35,794 nucleotides of DNA, from positions 257,480 through 293,273 of the forward strand of contig PDIP01000043.1 in NCBI GenBank assembly GCA_002811645.1, written 5' to 3'. The notes beneath the pieces are model-generated. The model was not told where the DNA came from. It saw only the letters and a program-made list of their open reading frames with translations, and made no database searches. Below, piece after piece: positions 8,976 to 18,580 of the stretch (positions are counted from its first letter, which is position 1; each line of letters begins with the position of its first letter). The position numbers and the translations under genes are program-made. The DNA is from Corallochytrium limacisporum Hawaii (taxonomy: Eukaryota; Protista; Pluriformea).

Positions 8976-11900
8976 TTAATACAGCATCATTGAAAACGGT
9001 TCCATAATCTGATTGAAATTATCGCGATTGGCAATGAATGGATTCGCTGCGGATGCATTCTTCTTTAACATAGTCTTGAGGTGCTCAAGCAGGTGTCGGT
9101 GTACAGCTTGTTTGGGAGTAAGAACGGCGATGAATGCCTTAGCACAGAGCCAACGGATACACGTCCGACCCATTGTACACTGAGACCCTGGGTATGCTTT
9201 GACCAAATTGTTCAGGACGGTGTGACAGTAGACAAGGAAGCTGTCCAGGAAGGAGACCATAAAAGGCAGACGCTCATTGGGCCGATGATTCTGGCGCAAA
9301 TGCCGGACATGGCAGTGAAATTTGACCGCACAGAGAGCCATCAACTGAAAGACATTGACGGCGATCGTGTCCTCTGAGTTGAGCCGTTTGTCCAGCAGAA
9401 GCGGATGGCACTTGGTCTTGAAAAAAGCAAACATTTTACGCTGCAGAGCTGCACCAGGCCGCTCAGATGTGTCGACTGTCAGCGTGTCGGACATGTAAGT
9501 TCCAGCGTACCTAGTGTAGTCAATCATCACATTCAATGACATGGTGTTGATAAGAAAACCACACCACGGAAACCATTTGCGATGCACCGCTGGTTCAATG
9601 CAGTTTTCGTGCGCGTACGTGAAGCTTACTGCCGTCTTCTTGGGATTCACCGTGCAGCCATACTCGGGCACACCGTTCATCATGGTATCCAGAAAGGCCC
9701 TAGCTGCGCTCCGTGATGGAGTAATGAGCAGAAAGTCATCGATTTGCCTCATCAAATGGCCATTATCAAGGACTTTCTGGGGCAAGACGTGCTTCTCCAT
9801 GTGGCCGTAGTAGAAATTGCATAGCAAGGTTGACAAGACTGAGCCTTGGGGAATGCCTTTGATTTGGATATAGAATTGCGATCCAACGCGGATAATGTTG
9901 CGTAAGATATTGTTGCGCATGAGTTCAAGCACATGATCTGCGTTCTCAAACCCGCAAATGACCAGATCAGTGATTATGGCGTTCCGTACCTTCGGTTGTA
10001 GGCTCAACTTGGTGGCCAGCTCTGGAAACTGCTCAAACTGACTGACGGGACTTACCGACTTCTTGTACACTGCGCGCAACCGATTGGATGCCCTGATGGT
10101 CAGAAAGTACCGACGAATCATATACGTCGTCTCTTGCATAATGTTATTTGTGATCTTCAGAAGTTTCTCCTGCAATACGGTGTCAAAAGCCTTCGAAATA
10201 TCGACCGACGCAAAGTAATGGCGGACTTTCGGATTGAAGTGACTAGCCGTTACGTAGTGCACAAGTGAGTCGTAAATCTCATCGATACCAAACACGGCAC
10301 CTCCAACCAAACCAGGCTGTCGTCGTCTTTCAAAAGATAGTACTTGGAAGGCCTGCTGCAACATTTGATTGGTGGACATCACTTTCTTCAGAACTCTTCC
10401 GGTGTTAGGATCTCGAACCGTCCGCCGATGTGCCATATTGGCAATTGGACGAGGGCCACCAGACTTCGGTTGGAAACGGACAACAGCGTACTCTAACTCA
10501 GTTTCGTTGAGGATCCGTTCCGCTCTCCGCTTCCCGATGGGTTGGTATTGTGCCGCAAGCTCGTTCTGACAGATTTCAACGGCTGATTTCCAAGTCGATT
10601 TCCTGTAGTAGAAAAGTCGATTGCGATGTGCCGATGACTCTGTAACATAGAAACATGCCTTGATGATGGGATTGACTACTTGGAGATAGAGCCAAGCTAG
10701 AAATGTGCACAACATCTTGCGACTCTGACTGTGGCCCTTTCCCCTACGGGTTGGGCCCAACCATTGCACTTTGGACAGAGATATGTACCGCATAACGTCC
10801 TCGACAGTATACTTTTCATGACGGCGAAGTCTGAGGTAGCACCCAAGATTCTTGTAGAAAGTCCTTTCATTCTGAACATCTCCGAAGAGTTCTGTCGGTA
10901 GAAAAGCTTTCAATATCGCCTGCATCGCCCGTTCCACAGAATGAAACGAGCAGAAGCTTTGGATGAGGTCCTCGTATGTTGCAGAACCGTCCCTGATTCC
11001 GGGTGGAAGAGGGCAATGATGGTCCAGAATGCGGACAAATGAAGTATGTTTCCATCGCCGCATACTCTCAAGCAAGATCGGCACCAGTCCCTTCAACTGC
11101 CTTGGCAACCGCTTCACTGTCTTGGTCTTGGTTTTGATGTCGTAAATGTGCATGATCAATGCTTGTGCTGCATTCCGACTGACATTGAAACGAAGATACG
11201 GAAACCGGTATGGGAGACGCTCTGTGAAATCATTGGAGTAGAACAGCCGGTATCGATGCAACGCCTTCTCGTCGACATCAAAGACTTTCTTGCGCATACG
11301 AATCTTTTGATTATTCACAAGAGTGTTCTGCATCGAAACTACAGAATCATCTGCTCCGCAATCGCGTCGCTGACTGTTCGGGTGTGTGTTCTCCTTGTCG
11401 TCGATCATCATTGCGTCAGCAGCGCTCTGTGCCTTCGATTCGGTTTTCTCCTTCTTAGCTTTCGCAGCCTTTTTCTGCCCTTGGTCTTCTTTTCTGTCAC
11501 GCCCAATTGACTTACGCGTAAACGCTTCTTCCCGTGCCACATCGAGGTCTGCGCCCTTTGGGATCGTTCCCGGTAGTGGACAGCCAGTGATCTGGAGATA
11601 ACTGTTCTTGTGTAAGGGGACAAATATGCTGAAATTGCTCAATACATAGTGCATTATCTCATCCCCAATTCGTAAGTGCAGGATTGCCCACGGTCCACGC
11701 TTTAATTCATTCACGACCGTATTCGGGAACACGTTAATGATGCCTTGCATGCCAATTGATCCCCCTGTCTCGCGCCAGTCATTTCGCTGGTTCCTGTATC
11801 CTAGGGACACAACATTTTGGGCCATCCCATCCATGTATCTCGATTGGACTGACACATTTCGGTCCAGATCCTGCTGGATCACAGAGTCCACAATATCTAC

Positions 11901-12347
11901 TTGAGATGTGTAATTGCCTGAGCCAAGGTTGCTGGGAATTCGTGAATCCTTCCCAGGTAGACCGACTAAAGATCGCTTCAAGATATGTTTATACTTCTTT
12001 GGATCAGAAGGCACTAATAATTTCGAAGGTGCAATATCGGGATGCTGAACTAGAACCTCGTATAGCGTTCTCACTTGCGGAAACACCTGCTTCAGAATCT
12101 TTTCCTTTGTTCCTGCTTTTTCAAGTCGTCGCCTCAACTTTCCGCGAGCTCTGGCACGCGCTTGACTTCTCTGGGACACATTTTGGGTCGATCCTTGTGC
12201 TGCGGTTGTGCTATCTTTGGAGAGTGTTGCTTCAGTCCCCTTGAGCACAAGATTTGGCTGATCATTTGCCTTATGGACAGCAGCATTCCAAGGCAAAGTA
12301 TCTTTCCCCTTGTCCTCACCGTCGCATTTGCTCTCTGTCGAGCCCAT
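8976..12347 (-). CDS. TERT: Telomerase reverse transcriptase
   Basis: TEN domain (NVVSLGY; WAILHLRIGD...YLQITGCP), CP motif (ILDHHCP), T motif FYVTESSAHRNRLFYYRK, motifs 1/2 RFQPK..RPI, A VDISKAFD, B' GIPQGS.LS.LLC, C IDDFLLI, D GVPEYG...NPKKT, E WCG, and a C-terminal extension. First ATG is at 12347. Confidence 0.97.
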   Translation of the reverse strand: MGSTESKCDGEDKGKDTLPWNAAVHKANDQPNLVLKGTEATLSKDSTTAAQGSTQNVSQRSQARARARGKLRRRLEKAGTKEKILKQVFPQVRTLYEVLVQHPDIAPSKLLVPSDPKKYKHILKRSLVGLPGKDSRIPSNLGSGNYTSQVDIVDSVIQQDLDRNVSVQSRYMDGMAQNVVSLGYRNQRNDWRETGGSIGMQGIINVFPNTVVNELKRGPWAILHLRIGDEIMHYVLSNFSIFVPLHKNSYLQITGCPLPGTIPKGADLDVAREEAFTRKSIGRDRKEDQGQKKAAKAKKEKTESKAQSAADAMMIDDKENTHPNSQRRDCGADDSVVSMQNTLVNNQKIRMRKKVFDVDEKALHRYRLFYSNDFTERLPYRFPYLRFNVSRNAAQALIMHIYDIKTKTKTVKRLPRQLKGLVPILLESMRRWKHTSFVRILDHHCPLPPGIRDGSATYEDLIQSFCSFHSVERAMQAILKAFLPTELFGDVQNERTFYKNLGCYLRLRRHEKYTVEDVMRYISLSKVQWLGPTRRGKGHSQSRKMLCTFLAWLYLQVVNPIIKACFYVTESSAHRNRLFYYRKSTWKSAVEICQNELAAQYQPIGKRRAERILNETELEYAVVRFQPKSGGPRPIANMAHRRTVRDPNTGRVLKKVMSTNQMLQQAFQVLSFERRRQPGLVGGAVFGIDEIYDSLVHYVTASHFNPKVRHYFASVDISKAFDTVLQEKLLKITNNIMQETTYMIRRYFLTIRASNRLRAVYKKSVSPVSQFEQFPELATKLSLQPKVRNAIITDLVICGFENADHVLELMRNNILRNIIRVGSQFYIQIKGIPQGSVLSTLLCNFYYGHMEKHVLPQKVLDNGHLMRQIDDFLLITPSRSAARAFLDTMMNGVPEYGCTVNPKKTAVSFTYAHENCIEPAVHRKWFPWCGFLINTMSLNVMIDYTRYAGTYMSDTLTVDTSERPGAALQRKMFAFFKTKCHPLLLDKRLNSEDTIAVNVFQLMALCAVKFHCHVRHLRQNHRPNERLPFMVSFLDSFLVYCHTVLNNLVKAYPGSQCTMGRTCIRWLCAKAFIAVLTPKQAVHRHLLEHLKTMLKKNASAANPFIANRDNFNQIMEPFSMMLY

Positions 12348-12750
12348 GCTTTCTAAGACCACAGCTCTGCAGTTTATACAACGTTACTTTAGCATTTCCA
12401 TTGCCGATCCTTATGTCCTGTGCAATATTTTCATGTCGATTTGACCACTTAACTGGTGAGGTATTGGTTTGCCGTTCAACTACCCTTGCTGCCCATCATC
12501 GAGTTTCATCACTTGACCCGCATCTCTGGTGGTGTCCTCGAAATGGAGAGCCCACCTTCCAATTCGCGCGCAAAATTGTCACTATAGAAAATAGACTCCT
12601 GATCTGCTTTCCTTCCTAATCAAGAGCCCGGAACTGCCATTTCCAGGGATGGTTCCAGCTGGAACTCATTAGCCCCTCAAAGCATCACTATCGACGAGCA
12701 ACAAAGCTACTGGATATATTTACAATACACTAATCAAATAATTGTTGATT

Positions 12751-13755
12751 TTATGCTCCTTCTTGCATCCAACGCTCAGCTGACGGTTCTGCGCTACTGG
12801 CTCTCTGAGGCTGATTCGGCTTCGTTGTGCTTTGGTGGCCGGTGTCCCCTTGCGAATGACTCTCCTGACGACCTCTGGATTGACTGTGACGGTTTGTCCC
12901 AGGTCGACTGGACGATCTCTGTCCTCTACTGACAGACTTCGTCGATTGCTGAGGTTTGTTACCATTTCCTCTCGTCGCGTGGCTGCTGGCGTTCGGTGAC
13001 CTTTGATGATGTGCCGTCGATTTTTTTTTGGCAGCTTCAATCGATTCCATCGCGTTTGTGTGATGATATGTTGAGCCATCGCGTATTGACATGGAGTGGA
13101 ACTTGTACTGGAGATGTGCGCTCTCATCTAAATGAAGCACTTCCAGGAGTTTCTCTTTGATGCGGAATCGCGCCGATGGATCAGCATTCGTCTTATTCCA
13201 AATTGATAACATATTCTCCTTATGCCGGCGACTACATACAATGCCCACAACATTGGGATCTTCAAAATTCTCTCCCACAGTGGCAAATACTAACCTTTCC
13301 CAATACCGAGCAACATTCTCGTCTTTCTTGTTGAATGTCAAAATCCAGCAGCCACCATGCGGAAAGCTTTCCCACATCGGTGACACCCCGTCACGGAAGA
13401 TATGTACATTCATATTACATGCGATCTCATCGGCCGGCTTCAGCCAGACGTACACCTTCCAGAATTCCTCGACGGTGCCGAAAGTGCAGAGTTTCTTTAC
13501 GGCGTCTTTGTAATCAATCAAGGAATGCTTTGATAATCGATGATCCAGCCATACAGTCCATGGTGTCTCCAACAAATGTGACAGTGACTCGCTACTCTCA
13601 TTAACACTTTGGCTGTTAGTCTTAGCACATGCTTTTGAAGTTTCCTCCCCAGTCTCCGAATTATTGATATCTCTGGGCACCTGCTTCTGTACGCGGCTCT
13701 CCTCAACAGCATCATGCTGCGGTATCATATTTGTTTCTTTGTCTTGCTCAGGCAT
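12751..13755 (-). CDS. eIF4E-family cap-binding protein (non-class-I, class III-like) with disordered N- and C-terminal extensions
   Basis: HLLETPWTVWLD, TVEEFW, PMWE, GGCW and SIWN. Tyr sits at the Trp56-equivalent position. First ATG is at 13755. Confidence 0.9.
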   Translation of the reverse strand: MPEQDKETNMIPQHDAVEESRVQKQVPRDINNSETGEETSKACAKTNSQSVNESSESLSHLLETPWTVWLDHRLSKHSLIDYKDAVKKLCTFGTVEEFWKVYVWLKPADEIACNMNVHIFRDGVSPMWESFPHGGCWILTFNKKDENVARYWERLVFATVGENFEDPNVVGIVCSRRHKENMLSIWNKTNADPSARFRIKEKLLEVLHLDESAHLQYKFHSMSIRDGSTYHHTNAMESIEAAKKKSTAHHQRSPNASSHATRGNGNKPQQSTKSVSRGQRSSSRPGTNRHSQSRGRQESHSQGDTGHQSTTKPNQPQRASSAEPSAERWMQEGA

Positions 13756-14396
13756 GATTAGACCGTCCCTTAGAGACAAAGTATTTAAAATAACGTTAAA
13801 AGTGTACTATAGCACAATATGGCCGCGAATAGTACCGCATTCAACAAAGGACTGGCGCCCTAAGTACGAGCACGTCTGCGTGAGATCGCTAGCAGGAAAT
13901 CCTCCGCTCCACCGGGGGGAGCAGGGTTCAACTTTGTCGACTTTATGAAAGCAAGGGATGTGAAAAATAGGCCCCCTTCTTGTTGGCGCAAACTCTACAA
14001 TCGCATATTTCCTCATCTTCGCAAAATTTAGACAAGGGCCCGTAACAGCGGCGCCGTAGTACACTGGCTATGGAGAGGGGCTTGGTGGTCATAGGGATCC
14101 GAGCACTGAGCGCTAGGAGGCAGCTTCGTTGTAGTCCGAATGCAATATTTTGATGAGGTGCTCTTGCACGGACATCTTTCTGGAATTGACTGGGGCTAGT
14201 GTTAAACTACAACCTATTTCATTACATGGTGTTCTTAACATGAAGGTTGATAGTGGCTAAGATTTACGTTCGTAGATATTACTTGTGGAAGTATTTATTC
14301 TGTCAGCGATGGCGCAGTAGATCCAGGCTAATCGTTCGACCTAGCAGGCTATATGACAAATATTGAAGACATGAGGATGAACGAAGTTCATTACAA

Positions 14397-15248
14397 ATGT
14401 TGAAAATGGCTGAAAGCCCAGAAAAGGATAGCCTTGCGGCTCCTCAGGGGCGACCACGCTCCAGAACAACTGGTACGGTGCCTGAGTTCTTAGCTGTCTC
14501 CACAACCGAGTCTGCTGACTCGATAGACGACAATGATCCCCTGGCCCACCTTAAACGGGCACAAATGCTGTCACCTCGGGCGACTGGTGTCACAAAGAAG
14601 GCAGTACGTCGGGAAAGAGCGGATTCCACCAGTGCTCATGAAATGAAACGCGTTCACGGAGGTAAATATAAGGACGACGTCCGGCAGAAGATCCTGGAAC
14701 GCGCTAAGATTGCCGGAAAGGGCCAACTCGATACTGGAATCACACAGACTGTTAGCAATATAAGCCTCACATCTGCGGAACACAGCCCACGATGCGAACG
14801 CGGAGCAGTCAGATCCGCGTCTCTGGAACGAACTCAGAGCAGTGGGCACAAAGAAATCAAGCCAGCACCATTTCTTCGTCGCCACTCGCATGAAACAATG
14901 CTTCCTTCTGGGCCGGGGTCAGAAGCATCAAGCACAGTCGCCGAACGAGGAGATCTGAGACCTTCGAGTGGCACCAGCGCATCTCGTAGTTCGCTCTCAT
15001 CGTCTAAGGAGGCTAAGAAGAAGGGGTTTCTCGGATCATTGTTTGGAAGCCTTCGCTCCTCGGCGCAAGGGGAGTTGGAGACAACAGAAAAGACGACCCC
15101 GCCATCGTCCGCGGCGCAACATCGGAGCTCCATGCCGACACTATATTCACAGCGATCGAAGAGCGCAGAGCGGTCGAAACGAAGCCATGACCAGGACAAG
15201 TTCTTCCAGGACCTGCATGATAAAATCGGTAAAGATGACGATGACTAA
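14397..15248 (+). CDS. Unknown Ser/Arg-rich, probably intrinsically disordered protein
   Basis: 283-codon ORF with ATGs in good context at 14397 and 14406. It fills the slot divergent from eIF4E. No recognisable domain. Confidence 0.7.
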   Translation: MLKMAESPEKDSLAAPQGRPRSRTTGTVPEFLAVSTTESADSIDDNDPLAHLKRAQMLSPRATGVTKKAVRRERADSTSAHEMKRVHGGKYKDDVRQKILERAKIAGKGQLDTGITQTVSNISLTSAEHSPRCERGAVRSASLERTQSSGHKEIKPAPFLRRHSHETMLPSGPGSEASSTVAERGDLRPSSGTSASRSSLSSSKEAKKKGFLGSLFGSLRSSAQGELETTEKTTPPSSAAQHRSSMPTLYSQRSKSAERSKRSHDQDKFFQDLHDKIGKDDDD

Positions 15249-15797
15249 CTCAAGTGGCTTGAATGGTCAACATGTTCCATATTTGCCGATGATGTGAATC
15301 ATCATATAGATATATAAACAAACGTAATCACTGTAGTCCACAAGTCCCGAATCGTGAATGGTAGTAGGTTGGGTAAACTCTAAAAGAATACTGCACAATA
15401 GTCAGCGTCAACGAGGCCACTAAGACTATCTCTTCCCGTAGATCAAACAAGCCATTTTGCGTGCCAACCATATCAGCCATCGTCATCATCTTCTCAGCAC
15501 CGTTTTCTAGAATACTCGCTCGCTAATTCCTGCAACTATCATCCACTGTTAGCACCAGACAATGTGAAGTCACGGGAGCTCCGCCCGTCCCGACCACTCA
15601 CTGCAAAGGAGCCGCCGCGGTCAACACACTGTCAGTTCGTCCAACCTATTACACTCGCTGCCAACAGTCCTTATAAATCCATTTTGCACGCTACCACCCG
15701 AACCCAGGCCGGTCTGGTACACCCTCTCCCCTGCACTGCGCCCTTAAATTTCTTTTCGTTCGATAGAAACTTCTTCTGTCACTACCTCTCTCCCTAG

Positions 15798-15834
15798 TGA
15801 TTGGCCTTGACCACCCGTCCAAGTCTCTGATTGG
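15798..15834. promoter_or_regulatory. Tandem inverted CCAAT boxes (NF-Y-type)
   Basis: TGATTGG at 15798-15804 and 15828-15834, exactly 30 bp apart, upstream of the ankyrin gene. Confidence 0.4.
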
Positions 15835-16104
15835 TTCATTTTTGGTTGAGTCCTCTTATCTTGGGTGCGTTTTCCCCTCCCTCTCTACGGGAAAGGGGGG
15901 GGGCCAGTTTCGGCGAGTACGGGTGTCTTCGGACTCATAGATAGGTCTCGTGTCTCCCGGAAGTTTCAAAGTCAATACAGAACATATTTCGCCCTTTCGT
16001 CCTAGTCACTGCATTTCAAACAGAACGAGGAGGGTCTCCATCGTGCGCGTAGGGACCCTGCGTTGTGCAGTCTGCGCCCCTAAAACCGTGTTGGAGGCTA
16101 ATCA

Positions 16105-16126
16105 GGGAGTGGGTAGGCGGGTGGGG
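16105..16126 (+). other. Canonical G-quadruplex-forming sequence
   Basis: GGG-agt-GGG-taggc-GGG-t-GGGG. Confidence 0.5.
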
Positions 16127-16509
16127 TAGCCCCTAGCAATGGGGACTGTCCCCTGGGGAAATGGGTGACTGAGCAAGGGGACGCGTGCAGTCCAGAAGCC
16201 ATCGCAGCCAAGAACCTAACCTTCGGTGATGGAGAACCGCCTGCTTGCCATTGAAAAGCTGTCACCATGAAATGCAAATTCTAGATTTTCTGCTTCAGTT
16301 TAAATAATATTGTTGCTCTTTCAACCAAAGTTTGGAATTACTAACATGTATGTTGCTAAGTGGGACTAGTCGTAAAGGTATTCAGAATCTTGGGCACAAA
16401 AAGAAAATAGCCTTGGAAACCAGGTTGTCAATGTGAATTGTGTGGAAAATCCGGGACGTGTGAGCGAACAACATATATTTGTATCGACATCCAGTCGTAA
16501 GCAGAAACC

Positions 16510-18489
16510 ATGGAGTTCGGCAAGGGTAAGAAGCCGGAGAAGAAACTGATCGAGTATGCGGGACTCGGAGACGAGGAGGGTGTCCGCAAGTATCTTACCA
16601 AGGATATGCGCAAACTGCTGGGCAGAAAGAACACTTCTATGTCTTCTATGTCCCTGCAGAGCCAGTCCTTGATGAGCTTGAGCGGTGCCCGTGAAGAAGT
16701 GACACATATTGATGTTAACTTTGTTGACGAGGAGGGTCGATTCCCTTTGGGCGAAGCTTGCGCGAACGGACATCTGGAGGTTGCCCGCATGTTGGTATAC
16801 CTCTCAGCAGACACAAAGTGTAAGGACCCCACGGGTAATTGTGCATTGCATTTGGCTTGTGCAGGTGGTCATAAGTCCTTGGTGGACTACTTGCTGGAAG
16901 AAGATCCCGACTGCATTATCATCAAGAACAAGCGCCGAGAGACCGCTTTGCATTTGGCCGCTCAGAATGGCCACATTTTGGTTGTGGCCTCTCTGCTGAG
17001 TCACGGTGCAAAACTGTCTGCTGTCAATATTGATGGCGACACTTGCCTGGATCTGGCTTCTCGTTTTGACCACAGTGCAACGGTGAGCATGCTCATTGAC
17101 CACGAAGCTCGTATCTTGGTGAGCACCAAAGCTCTGTTTGAGGCCGTAAAAGGTAACCGTATGACCATCGCCAAGACATTGTGTTATGCTGGAATGGACG
17201 TCAATGTACGTGCCGACAATGAGGAGGGCAGTACTCCTCTGCATGAGGCCATTCGCTACTTCCGCAAGGAAATGGTCATTCTTCTGTTGGCCAACGGTGC
17301 TGATATGACCATCGAGGACAAGCACGGCAAGACTTCACTCTCTTTCGCCCAGGAACACGAACAGAACAAGCAGGGCATTGTCGACATGCTGGACGCTGCA
17401 GCCTCTGACATTGATGCCTTCACCAAAGAACATGAAGACTTCACTAAGGAGGGAGACAAGTCTGGCATTGTGCAAACCGTGAAGGACACCATTGCCAAGC
17501 GCGAAATCCGCTCATACCCTCTCCTCGCCAACCAGAAAACCTGGATGCAGGATCGCGAGCCTTTCCGCAGCAGTGCCCGTCAGCCGGCAACTAACATTCT
17601 GCAGGACGATATTTCTATTTGGGAAAGCGCCGGCGCGAGTAACCAATATGTTGCATTCGATTTTGGCAAGGCTCACTTCATTTCCGGTTTCTCAGTCAGT
17701 GGCTTCGATGACGGAAGCTGCCCCAAGGAGATTGAAATTCAGACTGCGGAGGATATTCGTGGACCTTGGCGCACGATCAAACCTTTCTACTGCGAACAGG
17801 ATGATGAGAAGCAAACGTTCAAAAATATTGAGCTCAAGAGTCGTTTCGTGCGCTTGATGTTCCTATCTAACCACGGTGGTTTCGCCGTGCGCATCCGCCA
17901 CATCGAATTCTATGGTCTTGACACTGCCTTCCGTATGTGGCTGGCCAAGCTGGGCCTTGAATCTTACCATGATGCTCTCGTCGATGAAGGCTTCAATCAG
18001 CTGGTTTCTGCATGGAAGATCCTTGACCACGACATTTCCGATCTGGTTGCGAACCCCGAGCACCGTTCCAAGCTCCGTGAGGCTGCTCGTCGTATCCAGA
18101 AGAAGGAATGTAGCCTGGCCTTCCTGCAGTGGTCCATCCCTCCTGTCACTCAGATCCAAGAGGGCGACGAACTCCCTGACATTGTCGTCCTTGCCAACCC
18201 TGGCTGCAATGTGCGATTGACCATCCAAACTGTCACCAGCTTCGGTGGACCTGAGCTTGTTGGTGAGACCCAACTCAACTTGATTCCCAGTGGAGAGAGG
18301 CCATCAGCTGCCACCTTCAAGGGTTTGACGATTGCGCCTCACGGAAAGGCTACCATCCGTGTCATCTGTCCGGATGCTCCCCAATTTGTCCTGAACTCGG
18401 AAAAGCCCGTCAATGTTCAACCCAAGCTCAAGACTGCGGACCAGCTTGACCAGATCTTTGACTCTCTGGCCATTGCTGCCTTCGACTAG
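16510..18489 (+). CDS. Ankyrin-repeat (ANKS1/Caskin-like) + discoidin/F5-8C-like + SAM domain protein
   Basis: About 7-8 ankyrin repeats (ETALHLAAQNGH, STPLHEA), a galactose-binding-like beta-sandwich (WES...QYVAFDFG...RFVRL...IRHIEFYG), and a SAM domain (WLAKLGLESYHDALVDEGF...HRSKL). Confidence 0.8.
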   Translation: MEFGKGKKPEKKLIEYAGLGDEEGVRKYLTKDMRKLLGRKNTSMSSMSLQSQSLMSLSGAREEVTHIDVNFVDEEGRFPLGEACANGHLEVARMLVYLSADTKCKDPTGNCALHLACAGGHKSLVDYLLEEDPDCIIIKNKRRETALHLAAQNGHILVVASLLSHGAKLSAVNIDGDTCLDLASRFDHSATVSMLIDHEARILVSTKALFEAVKGNRMTIAKTLCYAGMDVNVRADNEEGSTPLHEAIRYFRKEMVILLLANGADMTIEDKHGKTSLSFAQEHEQNKQGIVDMLDAAASDIDAFTKEHEDFTKEGDKSGIVQTVKDTIAKREIRSYPLLANQKTWMQDREPFRSSARQPATNILQDDISIWESAGASNQYVAFDFGKAHFISGFSVSGFDDGSCPKEIEIQTAEDIRGPWRTIKPFYCEQDDEKQTFKNIELKSRFVRLMFLSNHGGFAVRIRHIEFYGLDTAFRMWLAKLGLESYHDALVDEGFNQLVSAWKILDHDISDLVANPEHRSKLREAARRIQKKECSLAFLQWSIPPVTQIQEGDELPDIVVLANPGCNVRLTIQTVTSFGGPELVGETQLNLIPSGERPSAATFKGLTIAPHGKATIRVICPDAPQFVLNSEKPVNVQPKLKTADQLDQIFDSLAIAAFD

Positions 18490-18580
18490 AGCGTATCTTT
18501 CATATGCGTCAACGAAAGGAGAATTAAAGATGTTAATGAATGTAATATCCTGTAAAAGCGAAGTTCATCCTAATTCGGAC

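Noticed and set aside
8976-12347. RT gene as a retroelement (Penelope/LINE)
   Set aside because: TEN, CP and T motifs identify TERT. There is no endonuclease, no terminal repeats, and it is flanked by housekeeping genes.
15422-15450. AAGACTAT...GATCA similar to the U3 snoRNA 5' end
   Set aside because: Boxes A'/A do not match and no B/C/D boxes are evident.
16047-16055. GCGTAGGGA resembling the TPP riboswitch 3' end
   Set aside because: The upstream CTGAGA and CCTGA elements are absent.
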